A stretch of DNA of 64,000 bases, taken from contig NC_058369.1 in NCBI RefSeq assembly GCF_018350175.1, forward strand, positions 1,116,001-1,180,000, read 5' to 3'. The notes under the pieces are model-generated. The model worked only from the letters and a program-made list of their open reading frames with translations. It did no database searches and was not told the DNA's origin. The stretch is from Felis catus (lineage: Eukaryota). The translations under genes and the position numbers were made by a program. Every line of letters begins with the position of its first letter. Within the stretch, counting starts at the first letter, position 1. Shown here one piece after another: positions 12,966 to 26,600 of this stretch.

Positions 12966-13267
12966 TTACAGGCCAGAGGGGGCCGGGCTGGGCGCGGGGC
13001 TGGGCGCGGGGCTGCCCGCCAGACTGCAGGGCAGCGAGTCGCTGGGCGAGGTGCTGCGGGCGCCCGGGCGCCGGAGCAGTTCCGGGCGGAAGCCGGGGTG
13101 GCGGCGCGCGTGCTTGGTCAGGTGGTCGCTCCGGGTGAAGCGCTTGGAGCAGAGGGGGCAGGGAAAGCGCTTCTCGCCGGTGTGCGTCCGGTGGTGGCGC
13201 GCCAGCTCGTCGGAGCGCGCGAACTTCTTGTCGCAGCCAGGCCAGTCACAGGCAAAGGGGCGTTCAC
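12966..13267 (-). CDS. KLF16: KLF16 coding exon 2 (zinc fingers 2-3 and Pro/Ser tail)
   Basis: Acceptor ctctgcccag|GT. Translates [56 protein letters not shown]...[15 protein letters not shown], with TAA at 12966-12968. Confidence 0.96.
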
Positions 13268-15299
13268 CTGGGCAGAGGAGGCAGAGGGCAGACAGCGTGG
13301 TCAGTGGGGGGGGGGGGAGGGGGGCGGGGCAACTCGTCCCCCCCCCACCCCCCCGTTCTAGAGGCTGAACTCCGGGCGTGAATTCAACACGTGGAAATGT
13401 GAAGAGGAAAGCCCCACTCACTTCAAGAACCCCTAATTAGTATTCCTGCCCTTTCTTTCCTATGAACTCGTAGTAATTCCACGAGCAGTTTCCGTGCGTT
13501 AAAAGAAGACCGTGCGGAGCCCGAGCCCTTCCAGGCCCGCCCCCGCGGCACCACCGCACCGCCTCCGTGACATCCGTGACAGGGTCTCGCGGTGCACGAG
13601 CCACACACACGTGCGCGCCTGCTCGGAACGCATGCGGGGTTTTGCAGGGGCTTCTCCCGATGCAAATGGATCCCGCCGTCCCCACCTCCACCTCCGCTCT
13701 CCTTTGGAGCTTACCGGAGGCTCTCAGGTGTTCACAACCCGTTGGACCCCTCCTTTTGAAAATGACCACCCCGGACGCAAAGTCGGTGTGGGGGTGCCTG
13801 GGCGGATTCCCGTGGCCCGACGACCCACTGACCCTTGTGGCCCCTCTATGTTTGGAGAACACGTGAAGGGCCTCTAGGGCCACCTGCAGCCCCACACAGG
13901 GGCAGAGGGAGAAGGGCACGAGGCCCAGGAACATACGGCCGCCGGGAAGGGGAGGGCCTGGAGGCCACGGCCACTGGCCTCACCCCGCCCCCGCCCCCGC
14001 AGAACAGACCGTGAGGGGAGGGGCGGACCGCCACCCTGCAACTTCCTCTGCAGACCCCTCCCACCTCCCCGGCTGGCCTCGCCCATCCTGCCGTGAACCC
14101 AACGGCGCTGCCAGCCCCGAGCGCCTGTCCCCACCCACCCCTCGCGTCTGGGGTCTCAGCCCCAGAACGCTTCAGCCCGACCCCCCAGCGAGTATTGTCA
14201 GCATCTCCCCGGCCGACCCGGGAGCTCCGAGGGCCCCACCTCTACGCAGGGTCCACCGGGGACCCCGCCACGCCCCAGGCCAAGGGGTGGTAAGCATCCT
14301 GGAGCTTGCACCCTTGCGCCCCGCGCCGGTCACCTGGAACCCTGGACTCCCCAGGCGTTGCTTTGTCCACGAGTTCTGGAGTGTGTGTGTGGTGGGGGTG
14401 TGGACAGAATGTGGGCACCGATCCGTGATGCCCGCACCCCTGTGCTATATACCCTTTGTGGCACTGGATGGAGCCCCACATAGGAAGGCAGAGCGCTGGA
14501 ATTGGGGGAGGCCACAGAGCGGTCAGGGTGGTCACATCCTGGGTTACATGCTGGCCCTGCAGTGACCCAGGCTGACCTTGTCTCAGGGAACACACCCAGA
14601 AGAAGGTACACGGTCTAGGATCAGAGAAAGGCTCCCCAAACAGGACCGATGGTGGAGGTAACCAGGAGCCAGCAGGAAGGCCCACGGGACAGACCTGTGG
14701 CCGTGGCGGGGAACAGGGTAGGCCAGGAACATCTCTGCTCTGAAAGCTAAGGGACTGTCCCGGGGAGAACCGCTGGGGAGGGGTGGGGGAGGGGAGTAGG
14801 GGTCAGAAGAGGCAGAGGGGCTCCTGCCATCTCCCAGGGCCCAGGAAAGAGCGGGACCAAAACCTCCCCTCCCCCACCCCTTCTTCCTGGCTACCACCAG
14901 CACCAAAGGAGGAGGTGGAGTCCAGCGGTCCCCCCAAGAAGATTTCTTGTGGGTTGCCTGTGGCTCAGGCTCACGCCTGGGGCAGCACATGCCCCAGGAG
15001 ACTGTGAGTCCAGGTGAGCTTGTCACCTACCCCTGGGGGGGAGGGGAGGTTACACAACTATGCCCAAGACCTCGCAGACCCTAAGTCTCTGGGGCTGCAC
15101 CCTTCCCTGGAACAATCCAGAAGGCAGGGGGAGGGGTCTCAGCAAGGGCATCGTCTACGGGAACCACGGCGCTCAAAACAGCCCGGAAAGGACCCCTACC
15201 CCACCTGGATGGCGGAAGGCTTGGATCTGACAGTTCCCCGGGGCTGCAGTCTGGGGGAGGGGAGTCCGGTTTTGGAGGCGGGGCTGCTGGCTTTAGACC

Positions 15300-15810
15300 A
15301 GACCCGGTGCCAGGGGGAGCGGCGCCCCTTCCGAGGGGCGTGCAGTCCTGTCGCCATCTTGCAGGGCGCAGGCGGGGCGGAGGGGGGGCGGGCATCCCGC
15401 TGCTGGCGCGCCCCGCAGTTGGCTCACTTCCCCATTTCGGGCGGCGGGACTAGTACCCGCCTCCCAGCCTCCCCTCCTCCGGCAGTTCTACTTTGCGATG
15501 AGCAGGTTGCAAGAGCGGTGCCAGCGCCCACTGGGGCAGGACACATGCAGCCGCCGGGAACACAGCTGCCGCACGTAGCTCGGTGGCGGCGGGGACAACC
15601 GCAGCCCAGCCGGCCTCGCTCACGTGGTCCCGCTCCCTCTAGGGCGGGGGGGGGGGGGGGGGGGGGTCGGGGTCGACTTGCCGCCGGCTGGACGCCCGCC
15701 AGCCCCGCCCCACAGCCAGTTGCTGGGGCGCTCACGTGCACACGCGGGTGGCGGAGACCTGGGCGCGGAGGCTTCCCGCCGCCCCCACAACGTCGAGCGA
15801 ATGCCTGCAA
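15300..15810. promoter_or_regulatory. CpG-rich candidate intronic enhancer in the KLF16 intron
   Basis: Local CpG enrichment, YY1-like CGCCATCTT (~15352), GC boxes, CACGTG E-boxes at ~15621 and ~15733. Confidence 0.5.
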
Positions 15811-16544
15811 GATACCAGGCCCTGTCACCCTCCCACAGCCCACTAGCCAGGAGGTTGGTGGGGAGCAACCGGGAAGCTCAGAGCCGGAGGGGACCCTAGG
15901 TACGGCCACCGGCTGCCCCAAAGCAGACTGGAACAGGGACTAGAGGAAGATGTGGTGGGCGGGGCCCTGGTGGACATAACCTTTTGACTTGGGCTGGGGT
16001 GACCTCGGGACAGTTGGGGCCACCACAGTGCCGTGCAGGCTCAGAAAAACGGAGGCCAAGAGGTCCTGAGACCTGATACAGGACACAGCAAAGGTGGTCC
16101 CTGAGCCAGGACGGCTTGGCCTGCGTGGGGTGGGTGCCCCACCTCCCCCCCCCCCCCCCGCAGGGCCAGGGGCCAAGGACCAGGGCTCTGACAACTAACC
16201 TTCACCGTGACCTCCTGAGGTCATCCCTAGGGGTAGGGAGGGGTGTCTGCCAACTGACCGGAACAAACGCCCACCTACCAGGAAGACTGCATGGGGGAGG
16301 ACAAGTGAGGGAGCACTCTCGCAGAGCTACAGAAGGCGGGGAGCAGCTGAGACTACCTGAAAACGGCCCCTAAGTAGTCCAGAAAGAGCCCAGAGAGCAG
16401 TTCTGGAAATACAGCAGAAAGGTGGAAAACAGATGCTGAGGTCTGGAGAGCAGGGCAGGGGGTCCCCTTCAAGTAGCCATTATGGCTTTACAAAGACCAG
16501 CCCACGGGAGGCTTGTCTATTCTGCGATTTTGTTTCAGAGTTTT

Positions 16545-16840
16545 TAAGTGATCTCTACACCCAATGTGGGGCTCAATCTCACCCCGAGACGAAGAGTTCC
16601 ATGCTCCACCTACTGAGCCGGCCAGGTGCCCCGTTCTGGGATTTTATTATTATTATTTCCTTAATTTATTTAAGAAAGGGAGGGTGCAGAAGCGAGGGGG
16701 GACAGGGAGGCAGAGGGAAAGCGAGAGAGAATCCCAAGCAGGTTCTGTGCGGTCAGCTCCATCCCCGGAACTGTGAGACCACGACCTGAGCTGAGATCAA
16801 GAGTCAGACGCTCAACTGACTGAGCCACCAAAACGCCCCA
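16545..16840 (-). mobile_element. Two tandem CAN-SINEs
   Basis: Reverse-complement SINE heads ('tgagccggccaggtgcccc', 'ctgactgagccacc'). Confidence 0.8.
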
Positions 16841-18855
16841 TGTTCTGTGATTTTAACCACCCCTGGGCCCTGCCCCCGAAAAGCCAAGGCTTCCCACCTA
16901 CCCCACCCCACATCCCAGCTCCTCCCATAGGGTTCCCCTTTCAAGCACTGTGTTGTTGCCACGAAAACCAAGGCAGGCATCCCCCAGCCATCTCTCTATC
17001 CCTCACCTTGGCCTGCGTGGTACCGGGCAGCAAATCCCATCAGTAAGGCCTTCACAATATCTCCAGACCCCACCCTGGCTCTAGACTCCAGCTCCTGCCT
17101 GGACTGGTGCAGTAGCCCATAGGCTTGGGGCTGAGCCGCCCAGTCTTTGGGCTGCTGGCTTAACTGTTGGTTCATCATGCGGTTCACCCCTCCTCCCCGC
17201 CCTGCCCCCACCCCCCCAGGTGGGGGCTCCCACCACCATTTGTTTAAAGGGCCAACCACGTGCAGCCCCTCATCCCCCCTTCCTCCTTGAAGACCCACAC
17301 TGCCATCACCCGCCTGGCACCCAGACGGGCATCCTTGGCATGGGGGCTCTTGGTGCCTGGGGATGAGAGGGTAACACCGCCCCCAGCCACCCCCTCACCC
17401 CCCCGCCCAGCATGTGTGATGGGCAGAACAGTGCTGGGCAAGGGTGACAGTGAGGGCCGGCCCTCCAGCCCTCACTCCCCTGGCGGCCGGCTCCTGGAAC
17501 TGGTATCACTTGCCCGCTCCCAGGCCATCTGGGCCACGTTTATCAGGGAGCCTGGGCGGGGGTGGTTATCGCCCCCCACAATGTTGGGGGCCCTCCCGCA
17601 CTCCCCAGTTATAGCACGGGCACCTAAAGTCAGTTCCAGCTGCTCTCTGCACCCTGCCTGCTGCAGAAGGGAGTTCACAGGCCACCCCCACCCCCTCCGG
17701 CCTGGCAGTGTCCTACCCTGCCCCCTGTAAGCCACCAGTCTCCTGAACCCCACCTGTCCTTACAGGAGCTCACAGCTCTGCCAGGGGGAGAGGGTGGGGT
17801 CTACGTCGGCTCAGCCCTGGGAGGACGATGCCTGCTTCCCCTCCTGGCCTCAGTTTCCCCATCTGCTTCTCCCCTGGGGGGGGCTCTTCAGCAAAGAATA
17901 CCACCTCTGCTGCCCTGCCCCCCTTTGGGCTGCTCAGTCAGAAAAACTAGGGTTCACCCTAGCCACCTCCTACTCTCCGGGTCCTGGGGCTTCTTACTTG
18001 GCCCCGGTTTATGGGTTGGCCCACCCCTCTCCCTCCCCTACCACAGCCCTCCTCAACCCCTCTCCCGGGACCCTAATCCCTGCTCCATAAACGGATTTTC
18101 CTCTGCAAAGCCGGGCCTGCCTTCCTGCCCACCCTCCACCCTGCCCTTGGGATTAAATGGAACCCTTCACCTGCTCTGACCCTCCCCACCTCACTTCTCC
18201 ACCTCATCCTCAAAACTCATGCCCCAGGGCCCTTGCCCCCATCCCCTGAGGCCAGGGTGTGGTCCCCTCTCTGGGGACACACCCCTTCCTGCCCCACAGG
18301 ACCCCATCCTATCAGCTGAGAAGCCTCTTCCTCCATCACTGCCACTGTCACCCCCTCCCAAGGTTCCAGGATATAAGGGCACAGGGACTGGGCTCTCCCC
18401 ACAGTACCTTGCACCACCCTGGACCCTTACTGATTTTCCTCAAACTTAAGGAGAGAGGGTTTTAGAGTAAAACAGGGGGTCTCTCCTGGTGGATGACCTT
18501 GCAACTCCCCCAGGGGACATCTGTCATTGGTCGCAACCGGGTACGTTCCTGGGATTCCTGGGATGGAGTGAGCAAGGCCAGGGATGTTGCGGAACTCCCC
18601 AAGGTGCCCAGGACGCCCCACAGAGAATGGCATCAGCTGTGCCCCGGGGATCAGACCTTGGCCTAGAAGTTCCACTTCCAGATCTGACTCCCTCTTGCCA
18701 GGAAGGAGCCTGAGACCCCAGAAGGCGCAGGGCTCACCGCGTGCTCAGAGCTGGGGGCTCTGGGGCAGGGGAGCAGTCCGGATCTGGAGGTTGGGAGAGC
18801 AGGGAGCAGCCAGCCAGCCTCTCCTCCCACCCCCGCCCCATCTCCTCTCATCTCC

Positions 18856-18869
18856 GTATCCATAGCAAC
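18856..18869. promoter_or_regulatory. RFX X-box
   Basis: GTATCCATAGCAAC matches the 14-bp X-box consensus GTNNCCATRGNAAC. Confidence 0.5.
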
Positions 18870-21360
18870 AGCGTCAACTTCTCCTGAAGCTTCCGAAGTG
18901 CCTGCCCACCCCACACAGGAGAGCTCTGTGCCGGGGCTGCAGGCCAGGCCCCGGGGGAGCACAGGACAGCCCTGCCCCTGCAGCTGGGTGGCCCTCTGAA
19001 AGACTCCACTGCCCTCCCAGACTCACCACCCCCAAGCCAAGCGGAGCAGGGACGGTGGGGGTACCACACTTGGCCCTGGCCAGGCACCTGATCCCAGTCT
19101 GTTCATCTGTAAAATGGAGCTAGGCTGGGATTGGAGTTCATTCCCTTTACTAAGAGGAGGAGTGAACCTCAGGCAGAGCAGGGGGAGACAGGCCTCTGGG
19201 GACAATCGGCAGACAGCTGACCTCTAATTATTCTTCCTCGTCACATCTGTCCCCAGGCCAGCCCCTGTGAATGGGCAACACCAAGCTAGCCTTGGGGCAC
19301 CAGGGACAGGCATGGCTTCCCCACCCCCAAGCCAGGTATAACAGCAGCGACTCCCCCCACCCCCAACTAGGTGCCAGAAAAGCTACGCGGGGCTCTGTGG
19401 TCGGGGGGGGGGGGTCACAGATACACTGAACCCACAGTCTTAAGCAGACAAGTGTGTGGAACCCTCGAGAAACGGAACACCAGGGGTGCCTAAGTCCAGG
19501 ATTTCCAATCTCAGGAATAGCAGGGTTGGCCCAGGAGCTGCGTTCTCTGGGTCCCCACACCATAATTATGAAAGAGGGCTTTGGGAGAGGATACCCGGAG
19601 GTACCGTTCCCACTGGCACTAGGGATCCATCCAGGGAGGCCACCCTCCCCTGGGACACTCCCCGGATAAGCCCAATTTTCTCGTTTAAAACACGGATGAC
19701 AACATTGGCATCCTGGGCCCAGTAAGGAGTCCCTCCTCTCCCAGGGCTTAGGGAGACGGCCGCCACTGCCTGGGGGCCCATGGAGGCTCTGAAGCACTCC
19801 AGGACACCCTAGAGGAGGGTCTCTTGGGAGCTGCTGTAGGCGGTGGCCTGGCCACCCCCTTCAACCGACCCAGAAGGGAAAAGCAAATCAGTGCACCAGA
19901 GCCTCGCCAGGCAACAATTACCTAGGACAGGCGGAGGAATACAGTGGGAGAAACAAAGTCCCTCTCTGGCTGGCCTCCCGCTCCAGCACCCCCATTGTTC
20001 AGACAGGCAAACTCACCTAGCAGGAGCCAGAGCTCTGCCCTGACCCCAGCCCCCCACCCAGAGAGGAATCTGCCCTCAGATCCACATAAAGATGCCTCTC
20101 TGTGTTCACGGCCCCCCAGGTGTCCCTCATACACGCCTCAGTGCCTCAAAGTGTAGGTAACACCCAGGGACTGCTCAGAAAAGGACAGAGGATCCTGCAG
20201 GAAATACAGACCCTCCCCCCTCAAGTCTGCCCTGGCTGCCCTGTCCTGCCTTATGCCCACTAGCAAGCAGAGCCTGTATGTCCCTGTGGACAGGATGGGG
20301 ACTGAACAAGACATGAGGCGGGGAGGGGGGCAGAGCAGGGAGGAGGGCGCCTGGCATCCGAGGCCTTGCAAATGGCCTGAGGCTGCCCCACCATGTCCCC
20401 ACCACACCACTATGGCCAGCCCTGCTTTCTTGCCCTCTCTCCACAATGAGAGTGTGTCCACAGAGCCAGTGTTGCGACACGAGAAACAGTGACGTTCAGA
20501 AGGCAGACTTGCGTGAGCCCTTTACACAGACGAAAAAACTGAGCTCCGGAATAGGCCTCGTGCTGGAGAGGGGCAGGGCTGGAATCGAAGTACATCCTCA
20601 CAGCCGGTGGCCAGATGCCCACCGCCAGGGCAGGACCGCCTTCCACACTCAAGCCCAGGCCAGCCACCAAGACCCACCTTCGCCCTGACACCCCAAACTC
20701 CCAGCTGGAGAGCATTCTCAGCGTCGAGGGTGGTGGACCCAGAGGGGGACAAGGGAGGGGGTGACAGGGTGATGACGGCGGCCCTGCCTCAGACTCCTCC
20801 AGGCGTCCCCTCGCCGCACCCCCCCCCCCCCGCTCGGCTGTGAGAGGTGACAAATGTCGCTGAACCCTCCCCCAAAGCCTGCCTCCAAACGCGATGAGGA
20901 CCTGACTCCCTCAAGGGTCCCCTTTCAAATCCCTCTCCCCACCCCACCCCGACTCTGGCCCCAACCCTCACTCTCAGCCCCGCCCTCCGCCGTATTAAAA
21001 CTCATAAGTAAAAAAAAAAAAAAAAACAAAAAAACGCGCGGGCACCCCCCCCACCCCGGCTCCCGCGCCAGGCGCTCTGCTGCCCTCGGGGGTGAATCCT
21101 CGATGCCACCCCGGAGGCGGCGGCGCGGCTCCTCCTCCCTCTCCAGATAGGGAAACTGAGACAAGGAAAGGAAAACACAACCATCTCAGAGCTACGTGCT
21201 CCAACCACAGTATCCACTCCCCAGACCCAAACGCCACAGGAAATTAAGGAGAAACGGAGCCGAGGGGGGGAGGGGACGGTCCGGGAGCCCCGATCCCGCC
21301 CACGGACCCCATCGCGCCGCGCGCCCCGAGAGCGCCTGCAGCCACCACCGTCGCGCCCGC

Positions 21361-21508
21361 NNNNNNNNNNNNNNNNNNNNNNNNNNNNNNNNNNNNNNNN
21401 NNNNNNNNNNNNNNNNNNNNNNNNNNNNNNNNNNNNNNNNNNNNNNNNNNNNNNNNNNNNNNNNNNNNNNNNNNNNNNNNNNNNNNNNNNNNNNNNNNNN
21501 NNNNNNNN
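21361..21508. other. Assembly gap (KLF16 intron 5' end)
   Basis: Run of N. Confidence 1.
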
Positions 21509-21563
21509 GGGGAAGGGGCGCAGGAGACCGCGCGCGCGCGCGGGACAGGGGAGCGGGGCTCAC

Positions 21564-22029
21564 CTGTGTGCGTCCGCAGGTGCGACTTGAGGTGTGAGGA
21601 CTTGTAGTACGCCTTGGCGCAGCCCGGGAAGGGACAGCGGTGGCTCTTGGCGGCGGCGGGCGCGGCGCCGGGGGCGCGGCCGGAGGACGGGGNNNNNNNN
21701 NNNNNNNNNNNNNNNNNNNNNNNNNNNNNNNNNNNNNNNNNNNNNNNNNNNNNNNNNNNNNNNNNNNNNNNNNNNNNNNNNNNNNNNNNNNNNNNNNNNN
21801 NNNNNNNNNNNNNNNNNNNNNNNNNNNNNNNNNNNGCGGCGGGGGGCGGCGGTGGCGGGCCCGGGGGCCCGGGTGGGGCGGCCTCGCGGCGCGGCGCGCG
21901 CACCTCCAAGCCGGCGGCGGGGCCCGCGCCCTCGGGGCCCGGTCGCCCGCGGTGCACCACCGCGCCGGAGGAGATGGCCATGAGCACGTCGGCAGCGAAG
22001 TAATCCACGCACGCCACGGCCGCCGACAT
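21564..22029 (-). CDS. KLF16: KLF16 coding exon 1 (Sin3-interaction domain and zinc finger 1); interrupted by N gap 21693-21835
   Basis: [51 protein letters not shown]...[30 protein letters not shown](G). Donor ACAG|GTGAGC in phase 1 matches exon 2. Confidence 0.95.
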
Positions 22030-23000
22030 GCCGGGCAAAGGCGCGCGGCGCGGGCCGAGCGGGCTGAAAGGAGGCGGCGGGAGCGGTGCCCGTCCGGCCG
22101 GCGGCGGCTGCTCGAGTGCGGGAGGCGGAGGAGGAGGAGGAGGAGGAGGAGGAGGCCGGCGCGCGCCGCCGCCGCCGCCGCCCGCGCTCGGCCCGCCCCG
22201 CCCCGCCTGACGCGCCCTGACGCACCGGAGCCCGCGGGGGCGGCCGCGGCCCGCCCCGCCCGGAGGACGCCCCCTCGGGGCGCGCGGCCACGCCCCCCGC
22301 CCGGCGCGCCCTCCACCGCCCTGCCAGCGGCGCGCGGCCGCCGGGGGCGGGGTCCGGGCCGAAGGAGCCGCCCCCGGCGCGCCCACTCCGGCCCTGGAGC
22401 GCGCCCCCGCCTGCTTCTCCAAGCGCGCCCTCCCCACGCGGGCCCCCAGCCAGAGACCCCGCCTCCGTAACCCGCGGCGCGCGCCCCCGGGCCCTTCTCG
22501 GAGTACCCCCTCCCCACGCCGGCAAGCTCCGCCCTCCCCCGGTATGATCCTCCCTCCCGGGAGCGCTCCGCCCCGTCCCGGCACGTCCCTCCTTCCCTCC
22601 CCGGACGGCCCCACCCCCTCCCGGCGCAGCCCTCCCTCCCTTCCCGGCGCGCGCCCCGCCCCCTCGCGGGCGCGCCCACCCCACGCCAGGGCGCGCGGCC
22701 GGCGGGAGCCCGCCCCTACCCCGGACGCTTCCACCCCGGCCCCGGGCGCGCCCCCGTTCTCGATGGGGGAGGGCTTCGCTCCCCACGTGGCCGGGTGGGG
22801 GTGCGGAAGCGGCCAGCCCCGCCCCCCGGCCACGTGCGCGACCCTTCCCCCCCTCTTCTCTCCCCCGACCTGGGCCCTGCCGGACCGCGTTCCCCTTAGT
22901 TCCTTCGTCCCCTTCTGCGGGAATCCCTCTCGCCTTTCCCGGAGCCCCGCGGCTGGACAAGGGAGGAGTGGGGCGCCCCGCCCAGTGAACCTGCATTCGT
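22030..23000 (-). promoter_or_regulatory. KLF16: KLF16 CpG-island promoter / 5'UTR
   Basis: Extreme CpG density, many GC boxes, GCCACGCCCCC at 22287-22297, CACGTG at 22784 and 22831, (GGA)n tract at ~22127-22154. Confidence 0.85.
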
Positions 23001-24939
23001 CTCTCTTCCTGCGCCCCGCTCACGGGTGGGGAAGGCCGGTGTCCGCTGGAGGAGGAGCGGGGTCGGGGCATCGGGAAGAGGAGACGGGTGGGGTTGCAAA
23101 GGGCCGGGCTCGGGACCCCTCGGCGAGGCAGAGCATTCCGGCCCGGCGGTACACAAGGGCTGGGAACATCGTTCCCCGACGCTGGGCAGGGATCCTTGGG
23201 ACTCGGAGGGGAAAAGTGGGGCCTGTGGAAGCCCTGAGGACGTCCAGGCCAGGGAGTTCGACAGCGGCTAGGACGCAGATGGCCGGGGTCAGCCTAGCCA
23301 GCAGTCTGAGGCGGGGGGGGGGATCACGCGGAAGTGGGGCAAGGTGGCCCCCTCCCTGGTGACGATAGCACCGCCCCTTCCTAAGCTGGCTGTGAGGGCC
23401 TTGCAATGGCCAGGGTGGGCTCCTGGGAACAGAGCTGCTTGCCCGCGTGTGGACAGAGGCTGGAACCCTGGCCCCATCCTCGACTGTCTTCCCTCGGCCT
23501 CTCCCTGAGTCCCCCACCCTGCACGTGGCCGTACTGAGGAGGGCGGGAGAGGGACACACGGCAGACTGAAGGCCGCAGAGATGAACAGCCCCTTTGACAG
23601 GCCGTGGACCATCCCGGTGGGCACTGGGAGCCCTCGTTCCTGCCGGCCTGGGGCCCCTGGGCCTCTAAAGGTCTAGGAGGTGAACCACCTGGGCGGGTTC
23701 CCCAGTCTCCCAGCAACTCAGCAGCCCTCAGGGGCCTGAGACATCCCCTCCACACACACCCCTAGGTGCTGCCCAGTCTTTACAGAAAGGGCCCTCCAAG
23801 TTCAGACGAGGCAAGAAGCACCTTGAGGCTCCCCCACCCACAGCTCGCACCGGGCACTTCGGCAACGACCAGCACAAGAAAGAGGCCAGGAATCATTTGT
23901 TGCTTCCAGGGATGTTTATTGAGCTCAGAGCCATTCCCCCCAGCATCTTGCCCTCAAGGGGCTCAAGGTCTAGGGCAAGGCAGCTGGGAGTCAGATCAGG
24001 GCATAGGTGGTAGGTGGGCACCGACCTACAGAGTGGAAGAAGAGGGGGGTGGTTGGGGAAACGTGGCATCAGCAGCCCCACCTGGGGCCTGGAGCACGCG
24101 GTCCCCCCAGCAGGTGTGGGTCGAGGCCACACTCAGGGCAGAGGCAGGCACCTTCTTGCAGAGGATGTGAGCAAAGCGGTCAGGGCTGCGTCCTGGTTGT
24201 TCCCCACAGGGTGGCCCCACAAGTCGTTACTCCTGGCGGTGATCGGGATCTCAGACCTCATCTGTGGGCTGTGCCGGCCGCTCTGTGGGCAGGAGTCCCT
24301 GCGTGGGAGCCCGTGCGGCACCCGCGGGACCTGTGCTCAGTTGTCACCCGCACAGCTCGACCATCCCTGCCCCACTCTGACCCCATGCGCACCTCTGCCT
24401 CATTTCGTCACTGTTCTCACTACGACCCTACAAGTGGCATCCCCATTTCACAGATGAGGACACCAAGGCTGGGGGAGAACAGCGAAGTGGCCTGCCCGTG
24501 GGCAAAGCTGAGGCAGCACAGGGTTTGGGGAAAATAACAGAGGCGGCCTGAGTGCACACCTGCTGGGACACCCACGGCAAGCAGTGCATTCTTTCTTCTA
24601 CCTCAGTTTCCTCACCCGTGACTGGGGGCCGGTCTCTACCCTGCCCTGATGGTTCCCAAGGGGTCAGGAGGGCTCTCACCCGGCTGCAAGACCCAAGCAG
24701 GGCAGGGGGCAGTCACTAGCTGTGGAAGGGAGGGACTCCTGGGGGCACAGGTGAGCGGAGAGTTCCAAAAAGTGGGGGCGTCCCTGCTGCGGATGCCCCA
24801 GACCGTGTGCCCACAAGGAAGGTGCCCCAGATAGGTCAGGGTCAGAATCAAAGCTCCAGTGTGCGAATGTGTGTATACACGTGCTGGAATGACCTTAGCT
24901 TTTTTTTTTTTTTTTAAGTGAAGACTTTCTTTTTAATAG

Positions 24940-26600
24940 TTTTTTTTTTTTTTTTTTTATGTTTAAATATTTTGAGAGAGGGAGAGGGTGACAATCCCAA
25001 GCAGGTTCTGTGCTGTCAGCGCAGAGCCTGGCTTGGGGCTCAAACCCACAAACCGTGAGATCATGACCTGAGCCGAAATCAAGAGTCAGATGCTTGGCTG
25101 ACTGAGCCACCCAGGCACCCATTGAAATAGTTTTAATCATACTTTATGCAATTCAACTTTTTTGGGAACCCGTGTGTATGTATTATTTGTTCTCTTTAAA
25201 TGTCAGCAGGTACCTAAACAGTGCAATTACAGGCCATGTGTCCTTTCTTTTTTATGGTTTTCTATATGAAAATTTCTTTTCTAAACACATCCCTCCCACT
25301 GAAGTGTAGGATGTACTCCGGGACTCGATTCCAGAGAACAGAGCAGGGAAGGGGAGGGCAGTAACCTGACTGTGGGGAGGCCTGGTAGACCCCACCTTAG
25401 CCAGGTGGTCAAGATCAAGGTCAAACTCAGGATGATGTCCGGGGAGCATCAAGGACTCTTGATGGGAGGTGACAAAAAGGACACCTCGACTCTATGTTCT
25501 TCCCCCAAACCCATAACCCTCATGTAGCCTCAGACAAGGCCCGGGTCAGGGGACATCTTAGAAAACCCCTGACTAGTCCCCAACACTGTCAAGGTCATGA
25601 AACACAAGAAACATGAAGGAGTGTCCTATTTTAAGAGACTAAGGAGACAAAATGGGTAAACAGCATGAGGGATGCCGGAACAGAATAGGACATTAGTGAA
25701 ACAACTGGAATACAGTTTGGAGTGTGGTTAACGCTAACGCACGTGAACTTCTTGGTTCCGACAAGAGGTTAACATGAGGGGCACCAGGTGAGACGTAGGT
25801 GGGACTCACTGCTGTCTTTTCTGTAGAGCCCAAAGTATTCCGAGATGAAGGGTTTTTAAATGTTTATTTCAGAGAGAGAGAGAGCAAGATGGGGAGGGGC
25901 AGAGAGAGAAAATGCCAAGAAGGCTCCCTGCCGTCAGGGCAGAGCCATACGCGGGGCTCAGCCTCGCGTGAGATCCTGACCTGAGCCCAAATCAAGAGTT
26001 GAACGCTCAACTGACGGAGCCACCCAGGCACCCCTGAAATTTAAAAAAAAATTTTTTTTTAACATTTATTCATCTTTGAGAAACAGAGCATGAACAAGGG
26101 AGGATCAGAGAGAGAGGGGGAGACTTAGAATCCGAAGCAGGCTCCAGGCTCTGAGCTGTCAGCCCAGAGCCCGACATGGGGCTCGAACTCACGAACCTTG
26201 AGATCATGACCCGAGCCGGAGTCGGACACTCAACCGACTGAGCCACCCAGGTGCCCCTGAAATTTTTTTTAAGTAATGTCTACACCCAACATGGGGCTCG
26301 GTCGAACTCACAACCCTGAGATCAAGAAGTTGCAGGCTGCACTGGCTGAGTCAGCCAGGTGCCCCCAAGATGAAAATTTTATTTAAAAAAAAATTATTAA
26401 CTTTTATTTATTTTTAAGAGAGAGAAACAGAGACAGAGCACAAGCAGGGGAGGGGCAGAGAGAGAGGGAGACACAGAATCCAAAGCAGGCTGCAGGCTCC
26501 AAGCTGTCAGCACAGAGCCAGACACAGGGCTTGAACCTACGAACTGTGGGATCACAACCTGAGCGGAAGTCGGACACTCAACCGACTGAGCCCCCCAGGC
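24940..26600. mobile_element. Repeat cluster: CAN-SINEs (minus, ~24960-25120 and four tandem copies at 25860-26600) around an L1MC-like 3' fragment (~25270-25850)
   Basis: SINE heads and tails; L1MC-like 'caccttagccaggtggtcaagatcaa', 'cccccaaacccataaccc', 'actgtcaaggtcatgaaacacaagaaa'. Confidence 0.75.

Noticed and set aside
21192-23071. ~500-aa ORFs in all three minus frames, including an apparent N-terminal extension of KLF16
   Set aside because: Stop-codon depletion in a CpG island plus N gaps. The known protein starts at MSAAVAC (22029) and the upstream starts are non-AUG in promoter DNA.
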